Part shown: one piece after another, positions 27,403 through 32,000 of the stretch
Numbering within the stretch: the stretch's first letter is position 1
How the letters are laid out: each line of letters opens with the position of its first letter
Source of the DNA: Thermofilum pendens Hrk 5
GTDB lineage: Archaea; Thermoproteota; Thermoprotei; Thermofilales; Thermofilaceae
Direction: 5' to 3'
DNA length: 32,000 bases
NCBI RefSeq assembly: GCF_000015225.1
Contig: NC_008698.1
Coordinates: 510,001-542,000, forward strand
Made by a program: the position numbers and the translations under genes
Notes under the pieces: model-generated
Databases searched by the model: none
The model's input: only the letters and a program-made list of their open reading frames with translations
What the model was told of the DNA's origin: nothing

Positions 27403-28593
27403 CTACCCGCCTATAACCGCGCTTATCACGATATCAGAGAGCAAGCCTTCCTCGACGTTCTTTAGGGGCACTCCGAGAGCCACAACTTTCGTCCTACCGT
27501 ACCTGCCGAGGCTTATAACCCTGGCATTTATTATGCCAGCCATGTCGAGCTCATTGAGTATGTCCGTTATCCTCCTGCTGGTAACGGGCTCTATGCCCAC
27601 CTTCGTCACGAGCTCCTTGTACTTGTCGTAGATAAGCCCCGTGGTTATAGTCTTCGCGCCCCCCTCCTTCGTTAAAAGGTAGATAGACGCGAGAACAAGC
27701 TTGACGTGGAGGGGCATAGTCTTTATGACGTCCACGGTGAGGTTCTTTTCTATTTCGTTCCTAGCCTTGTCCACGTGGGCCTCTGTGACCTCGGAGGCGC
27801 GCTCGCGCTCCGCTATGTCCGCAGCCTTCAAAAGAATGTCGAGGGCCAGCCTGCAGTCACCGTTCTGCCTCGCGGCTATCGCCGCAACCTTCTTTATCAC
27901 GGCGTCGCTGACTACGCCCTCGTGGAAAGCCTCCTTAGCCCTCCTGCGGAGGATGTCTTCCAGCTGTATCGCGTTGTAAGGCGGGAACACCAGTTCCTCC
28001 TCCCCTAGGCTACTCTTCACCCTAGCATCGAGGAACTCCGTGAACTTCAAATCGTTCGTTATCCCAATGACGCTGACCCTCGTGTTCGTCAACTGCTCGT
28101 TTACGCGGGTAAGGTAGTATAGGACGTCGTCGCCGTTCCTCTTCACGAGGTTATCCACCTCGTCCAACACTACTATCAGTATCCTGTGCTTCCTGTCGAG
28201 AGCCTGAGTTATTCTCTTCATAACTTCTCCGAGCGCGAGCCCCGTGAAGGGTATCTTCACGCCCAAGAACTTGCCGAGCTCTGCGAGCACCCTGTAGCTA
28301 GTGTTGTTTTGCCGGCAATTTATGTAGACGTACTCTATGCGCCCTCCTCCCTTCTCGGCAAGCCTCCTTAAGACGTACTTCGTAACGGCAGTCTTACCGG
28401 TACCCGTTAACCCGTAGATAAACACGTTGGACGGCCTGCTACCACTCAAAGCGGGAGCCAGCGTTAAGGCAAGGCGCTTTATCTGCTCGTCTCTGTGCGG
28501 GAGATCCTCAGGGACATAGTCGGGTAAAAGCTTCTCTCGGGCTTTATAGATCCTTGAGCCAAGGTACTGGTCAAATATCTCCTCTAGCGACAT
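27403..28593 (-). CDS. cdc6: Orc1/Cdc6 replication initiator
   Basis: 'LPHRDEQIKRL', Walker A 'GLTGTGKTAV', Walker B 'VVLDEVD' and a C-terminal winged-helix region. The start is set to the ATG at 28593 ('MSLEEIFDQYL'). Confidence 0.95.
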   Translation of the reverse strand: MSLEEIFDQYLGSRIYKAREKLLPDYVPEDLPHRDEQIKRLALTLAPALSGSRPSNVFIYGLTGTGKTAVTKYVLRRLAEKGGGRIEYVYINCRQNNTSYRVLAELGKFLGVKIPFTGLALGEVMKRITQALDRKHRILIVVLDEVDNLVKRNGDDVLYYLTRVNEQLTNTRVSVIGITNDLKFTEFLDARVKSSLGEEELVFPPYNAIQLEDILRRRAKEAFHEGVVSDAVIKKVAAIAARQNGDCRLALDILLKAADIAERERASEVTEAHVDKARNEIEKNLTVDVIKTMPLHVKLVLASIYLLTKEGGAKTITTGLIYDKYKELVTKVGIEPVTSRRITDILNELDMAGIINARVISLGRYGRTKVVALGVPLKNVEEGLLSDIVISAVIGG

Positions 28594-28744
28594 GCAGCAT
28601 CCATAGGATCCAGTAGAAGTAGAGGTTACATTAAGCAATACTTTAGAAGAGACTAAAACCCGAACGTGCTACCACAGTCTTACAGATGTACAAAGCACAC
28701 GTAGAATCATACCAACTGCTAGCCGCCACGCAGAGAACAGGGGA

Positions 28745-28865
28745 TGGTGCCCCGGCCGGGATTTGAACCCGGGATATCCGCGCCCGCCGTCGCACGGGCT
28801 CCTCGGCTCGAAAGGCCGATATCCTCTCAACCCCCTGCAGGTTGACCGGGCTAGACGACCGGGGC
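28745..28865 (-). tRNA. tRNA-Glu(UUC), 121 nt, with two predicted introns (~19 nt in the D-loop, ~25 nt in the variable loop) and encoded CCA
   Basis: Acceptor GCCCCGG/CCGGGGC-A-CCA. The D-stem GUCU/GGAU encloses 28 nt, including the hairpin CAACC-UGCAGGGG-GGUUG. The anticodon arm is UCGGC-CUUUCGA-GCCGA. Thirty nt lie before the T-stem. Total length is 77 + 44 = 121 nt. Confidence 0.85.
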
Positions 28866-28957
28866 TACGCACCTAAAACGTCGAAGAACCAGTTATATGT
28901 TTTTCTCTTAGCACGCGAAATTTTAATATCAAGGGGTTTGTTATAGTCTAACGCGCG

Positions 28958-29045
28958 GCCGGGGTGGCCGAGCGGACCAAGGCGATGGCCTGGAGAGCCA
29001 TTACCCGTTAAGGGTGCCCGGGTTCGAATCCCGGCCCCGGCGCCA
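28958..29045 (+). tRNA. tRNA-Ser(GGA), 88 nt, intron-less, with encoded CCA
   Basis: Acceptor GCCGGGG/CCCCGGC-G-CCA, anticodon arm AUGGC-CUGGAGA-GCCAU, long variable arm UACCCGUUAAGGGUG and T-arm CCGGG-UUCGAAU-CCCGG. The TATA-like box TTTTAATATC sits at 28921-28930. Confidence 0.93.
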
Positions 29046-29165
29046 TTCTCCGATCACACTTGACGCAGATACAACTAGAAGTTGTTTTACGTTGAAAACG
29101 CCTTATTCTTGTGTGGAGGCCGCATCATCAACTTAGATGCTTCGTCTAAAAGATCATGGAAACTA

Positions 29166-29297
29166 GAGGCGCGCCCCCCTTTGAACCACCGTCCTCGGGG
29201 TTTCTCCCGCGAACGTTATGAGCCCCGCGGGATACCTGGCTTCCCCACCCCGCTTGTCCTCTGGTAGCGGGGGGTGGACTTTCCGGGGGCGCGCCTC
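29166..29297 (-). ncRNA. GCGC-rich, 132-nt structured RNA; candidate ultra-minimal RNase P-like RNA
   Basis: A perfect 13-bp terminal helix (GAGGCGCGCCCCC / GGGGGCGCGCCUC) encloses two G/C hairpins. GGAAAGUCC follows the 5' helix strand directly. CCACC pairs with GGUGG just before the 3' helix strand. The TATA box TTCATATA lies at -29..-22 with an A-rich tract upstream, and T-runs follow the helix. The flanks are A/T-rich. Confidence 0.6.
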
Positions 29298-29318
29298 ACG
29301 TGAATATTTCTGCCTCTC

Positions 29319-29326
29319 TATATGAA
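29319..29326 (-). promoter_or_regulatory. TATA box (plus upstream A-rich BRE-like tract) for the 132-nt RNA
   Basis: The minus-strand sense reads CGAAAAA-TTCATATA-(21 nt)-GAGGCGCG. The TATA box is centred about -26 relative to the first nucleotide of the terminal helix. Confidence 0.6.
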
Positions 29327-29358
29327 TTTTTCGCACGCATAAGTTCTTATTGGAAAAA

Positions 29359-29398
29359 TTATCCAGAAAGCAGGGAAATTTATCTAACCTCTGGATAA
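29359..29398. repeat. perfect 9-bp inverted repeat, TTATCCAGA-(22 nt)-TCTGGATAA
   Basis: Read directly from the sequence. It lies 30-70 nt downstream of the trpS stop and 60-100 nt upstream of the ncRNA start. Confidence 0.8.
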
Positions 29399-29427
29399 CT
29401 TTCACGATATTTTCGCTGTTACTCCCG

Positions 29428-30588
29428 CTATGGTCTGTATTCCCAGTTCCACATTTCCTGGGCCAGCTTTCCATCGTAGAGGTAGAGGTGCATCTTTTTC
29501 TCAGCGTCTTTCACGCGCGCTCTGTGGCGCTCAAGGAAGGAATTAATACGCTCTACAAGCTCCGCTTTACATTCTCCGCAGAGAAGTTTACCGGTCCTGC
29601 AGGCATGGTATCTTTCCAAGAGCTTCTTGTCGTCATCCTCGAATAGGACAGAGTACCAGTGAAACACCGTACACACTTCGGGGACGCCTCCAAGCCTCCT
29701 CTGCTCCTCCACTGTTGCTCTTCCACCAGTGTACGCGTTAATTATTTTTCGCTTCACAGTTTCAGGAGGGTCGCTGAGCAGTATGGCGGTATCTGGTTCT
29801 GAGGCAGACATTTTCGTCTCAGGACCTTTAAGACCCCAGACAAGCTTTGAAAGAACCTCGGCAGCCTTGTACCTGTTTAGCCTGGGCGCTATATCTCTTT
29901 GAAGTCTGAAGTAGGGATCCTGGTCGATCCCGCAGGGGATTAGAGGTCTCTTTTTTTCGAAGAAGGTAGGTACTATTTGAAGCGCGGGGTAGAATATTAG
30001 TCCTATTGTACTCTCGTTGTCGAAGCCGAAGACGGCTCGCGCTGTTGAGAAGTTTATGTGCCGAGCTACGAGGACTGCGGGTTTGTAGAGTTTTGATATG
30101 TACTCGGTATCTCTGAATATGAATGTTTTATTCTCGTCGAAGCCGAGAGCAATTATGTTTAGGATGTCTTGCACCGCGTATTTTTCGATTTCTTCGAGGG
30201 TTTCGACTTTCTTTGCGAGGAACTTTTCCTCGTCGGGTATTTGTATGTAGACGTTTGCCCCGAATTTCTCTTGGAACCATCTAGTGGCTATGAAGGGTAC
30301 TATGTGGGCGATGTGCATAGGGGAGTTGCTGGGCGCTCTACCCGTGTAGAGGAAAAACCCTCTCCCCTCTTCGTAGTCGTTGAGCACGAGGTTTAGGTCT
30401 CTGTGCGCGAAGAAGAAGTTTCTCCTGAGTAGAGGGTGAAGTCCGCCGGCAATCCTCTCTATTCTGCTTAGAAGTTCTTCTCCAAGCTTTTCTACGCCGA
30501 ATTCCTGGATCAACTTGTCGTAGTCTATCTTGCCTTTTGCCTCCCAAGGTGTGACGCTGAAATCTCCTTCTCTAAAGCCTTCGCTCAT
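29428..30588 (-). CDS. trpS: tryptophanyl-tRNA synthetase (archaeal/eukaryotic type)
   Basis: 'VTPWEAKGKIDYDKLIQEFG' is a TrpRS-type N-terminus. HIGH-like 'MHIAHIVPF' and KMSKS-like 'KMSASEP' motifs are present. The TATA-like box CATTTTAC sits 24-31 nt upstream of the ATG. Confidence 0.92.
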   Translation of the reverse strand: MSEGFREGDFSVTPWEAKGKIDYDKLIQEFGVEKLGEELLSRIERIAGGLHPLLRRNFFFAHRDLNLVLNDYEEGRGFFLYTGRAPSNSPMHIAHIVPFIATRWFQEKFGANVYIQIPDEEKFLAKKVETLEEIEKYAVQDILNIIALGFDENKTFIFRDTEYISKLYKPAVLVARHINFSTARAVFGFDNESTIGLIFYPALQIVPTFFEKKRPLIPCGIDQDPYFRLQRDIAPRLNRYKAAEVLSKLVWGLKGPETKMSASEPDTAILLSDPPETVKRKIINAYTGGRATVEEQRRLGGVPEVCTVFHWYSVLFEDDDKKLLERYHACRTGKLLCGECKAELVERINSFLERHRARVKDAEKKMHLYLYDGKLAQEMWNWEYRP

Positions 30589-30844
30589 ACCCCTTAATGA
30601 TCTTTTCAGGGGTAAAATGCTTGTCGCAACGTCCCCCTGCGCCCCCTCTTCTTCTCCCCTTTCGGGGATTGCTCAGTCATCGGGGACGCGAAAATCTCCT
30701 GGATTTTCGGGGATAAAAAATCTAGCGTCCACCCGGAGCTCCTCACGCATATCTCAACACATTGCTGCAGTTTTCTCATTGGAGATGCTTGGTGCACGTC
30801 GGTGTACGCGTATACGACGTAATTAATAGGGCTATTTCAGAAAC

Positions 30845-30856
30845 CTTTTTTAATTG
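30845..30856 (+). promoter_or_regulatory. TATA-like box of ppsA
   Basis: CTTTTTTAATTG is centred ~33 nt upstream of the ATG at 30884. Confidence 0.5.
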
Positions 30857-30883
30857 CGCAAGCTTCTTCCACACGACACGGGT

Positions 30884-32000
30884 ATGAGTGATAAAAGCAC
30901 TAAGATAGTTTTGTGGTTCGAGGAGCTGAGAAAGGAGGACGTGCCGATAGTGGGAGGAAAGAACGCGAACCTGGGAGAGATGCTCAATGCGGGCATACCG
31001 GTTCCTCCTGGCTTCGCCGTTACCGCATATGCCTATAAGAGGTTCATAGAGGAGACGGGTATACGGGATAAGATCTACGAGATAATAAGGACTAGGGTTG
31101 GCAAGGGAGCGGCGAAACCGGAGGACTACATGGAGGCTAGCAAGGAGATTCGCGCCTTGATCGAAAGTGTACCGATGCCGAAGGATATAGAGGAGGAGAT
31201 CCGCAGAGCGTACAGGGAGCTGTGTAGGAGGGTCGGCAAAAAAGAGGAGTTTGTTGCGGTGAGGAGTAGCGCTACCGCTGAGGACCTTCCGGACGCCAGC
31301 TTTGCGGGCCAGCAGGAGACTTACCTCAACGTGAAAGGCGAGGACGAGGTGATAGAGAAGGTTAGGAAGTGCTGGTCCAGCCTCTTCACGCCGAGGGCTA
31401 TATTCTACAGGGAGAGCAAGGGCTTTGCCCATGAGAAGGTGCTTATAAGCGTAGCTGTGCAGAAGATGGTTAACTCCCGCACGGCAGGTGTAATGTTTAC
31501 TTTGCACCCGGTCACGGGCGATAGGGATAAAATCGTCATAGAGGGACACTGGGGGCTCGGGGAAGCCGTTGTCAGCGGCAAGGTTACGCCGGATGAGTGG
31601 ATAGTCGACAAGAAGACCATGAAGATAATTGCCAGGAATATTGTGGAGAAGCGTGTAGAGCTTGTAAGAGACCCCGTCACCGGGCGCACCGTTGAGCGCG
31701 AGATAGAGCCGGAGAGGAGGAACGCGCCATCCCTAACGGACGAGGAGGTTTTAAGGCTTGCAGAGCTCGCCGTGAAGATCGAGAACCACTACGGAAGGCC
31801 GATGGACATTGAATGGGCCGTCGATAGGGACCTTAAGTTCCCAGAAAGCGTGTTCATAGTTCAGGCACGTCCCGAGACTGTGTGGAGCAGGAAGGAGGCG
31901 CAGCCAACCGGGGAGTCTGTAAAGAGCGTTGCGGAGGCTAAGGCTGTGCTTAAAGGTCTCCCGGCTAGCCCCGGCGTGGCTTACGGAAAGGCGAAGATTT
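30884..32000 (+). CDS. ppsA: phosphoenolpyruvate synthase (pyruvate, water dikinase), 5' partial; runs off the window
   Basis: This ORF is not in the ORF track because no stop codon falls inside the window. My translation gives 'MSDKSTKIVLWFEELRKEDVPIVGGKNANLGEMLNAGIPVPPGFAVTAYAY...VRSSATAEDLPDASFAGQQETYLNV...EGHWGLGEAVVSG...DIEWAVD...IVQARPETVWS...GLPASPGVAYGKAKI', which is the typical PpsA ATP-grasp N-domain. The 257-aa minus-strand ORF at 30776-31549 is its antisense shadow. Confidence 0.93.
   Translation, partial: MSDKSTKIVLWFEELRKEDVPIVGGKNANLGEMLNAGIPVPPGFAVTAYAYKRFIEETGIRDKIYEIIRTRVGKGAAKPEDYMEASKEIRALIESVPMPKDIEEEIRRAYRELCRRVGKKEEFVAVRSSATAEDLPDASFAGQQETYLNVKGEDEVIEKVRKCWSSLFTPRAIFYRESKGFAHEKVLISVAVQKMVNSRTAGVMFTLHPVTGDRDKIVIEGHWGLGEAVVSGKVTPDEWIVDKKTMKIIARNIVEKRVELVRDPVTGRTVEREIEPERRNAPSLTDEEVLRLAELAVKIENHYGRPMDIEWAVDRDLKFPESVFIVQARPETVWSRKEAQPTGESVKSVAEAKAVLKGLPASPGVAYGKAKI

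Noticed and set aside
29166-29297. The 132-nt structured element interpreted as 5S rRNA, or as plus-strand encoded
   Set aside because: The length is 5S-like, but the conserved 5S loop motifs (for example CCGAAC...GAAGUUAAGC) are absent. On the plus strand the nearest A/T box (TCTAAAAG) is only ~15-20 nt from the helix. The minus strand has a TATA box at the canonical -26 and an RNase P CR-I-like sequence.
29654-29668. ORB-like ACCAGTGAAACACC inside trpS, plus CCAGTGGTTCC inside leuS at ~7793
   Set aside because: These are single partial matches within coding sequence, with no dyad partner and no adjacent A/T-rich unwinding element.
30776-31549. 257-aa ORF on the minus strand
   Set aside because: It lies entirely antisense to the clearly recognisable PEP synthase coding frame (30884 onward). 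Its translation is Leu/Arg/Ser-rich with no motifs. This is a typical shadow ORF in G/C-rich coding DNA.
1-32000. CRISPR arrays, IS elements/transposases, integrases, toxin-antitoxin or known defence-system genes
   Set aside because: I looked for regularly spaced direct repeats, terminal inverted repeats flanking ORFs, and characteristic protein motifs in all listed ORFs. None were found. Apart from the 3992-5934 segment and the TFB-like gene, the window is housekeeping.

Overview
This window looks like a housekeeping region from a hyperthermophilic crenarchaeon, possibly Thermoproteales/Thermofilum-like. The evidence is a reverse gyrase gene, TATA/BRE-type promoters, many leaderless genes, and tRNA genes with multiple non-canonical introns. 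GC content is in the mid-50s % by eye.

The 28 called coding genes comprise:
- a HIT hydrolase
- aIF2-gamma
- argS
- a 471-aa orphan protein
- two small hypothetical proteins
- leuS
- an HDAC-family deacetylase
- a four-gene 2-oxoacid:ferredoxin oxidoreductase operon (gamma-delta-alpha-beta)
- reverse gyrase
- NMN adenylyltransferase
- a stand-alone RAM-domain protein
- a divergent TFB-like protein
- DUF359/dephospho-CoA kinase
- an Lrp/AsnC regulator
- the exosome/proteasome superoperon (psmA-SBDS-rrp4-rrp41-rrp42)
- a GPN-loop GTPase
- Orc1/Cdc6
- trpS
- the 5' part of PEP synthase

Seven tRNA genes are present and all encode their 3' CCA. Five of them share a related 20-28 nt intron at the same variable-loop site. 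One tRNA appears to carry three introns and two carry two.

The most interesting unexplained feature is a promoter-equipped, GC-rich, 132-nt structured RNA gene at 29166-29297 on the minus strand. It has an RNase P CR-I-like GGAAAGUCC, a P4-like pairing and a 13-bp terminal helix, but it is far smaller than any RNase P RNA class I know.

Other leads:
- (CG)3-4 tracts are strongly enriched in intergenic spacers.
- A hairpin upstream of the orphan gene sequesters its Shine-Dalgarno sequence.
- The orphan protein has LAGLIDADG-like motifs.
- The trpS/ppsA divergent spacer contains repeats and a palindrome.
- Several ~400-nt spacers have no convincing gene.

I saw no CRISPR array, IS element, integrase or recognisable defence system.
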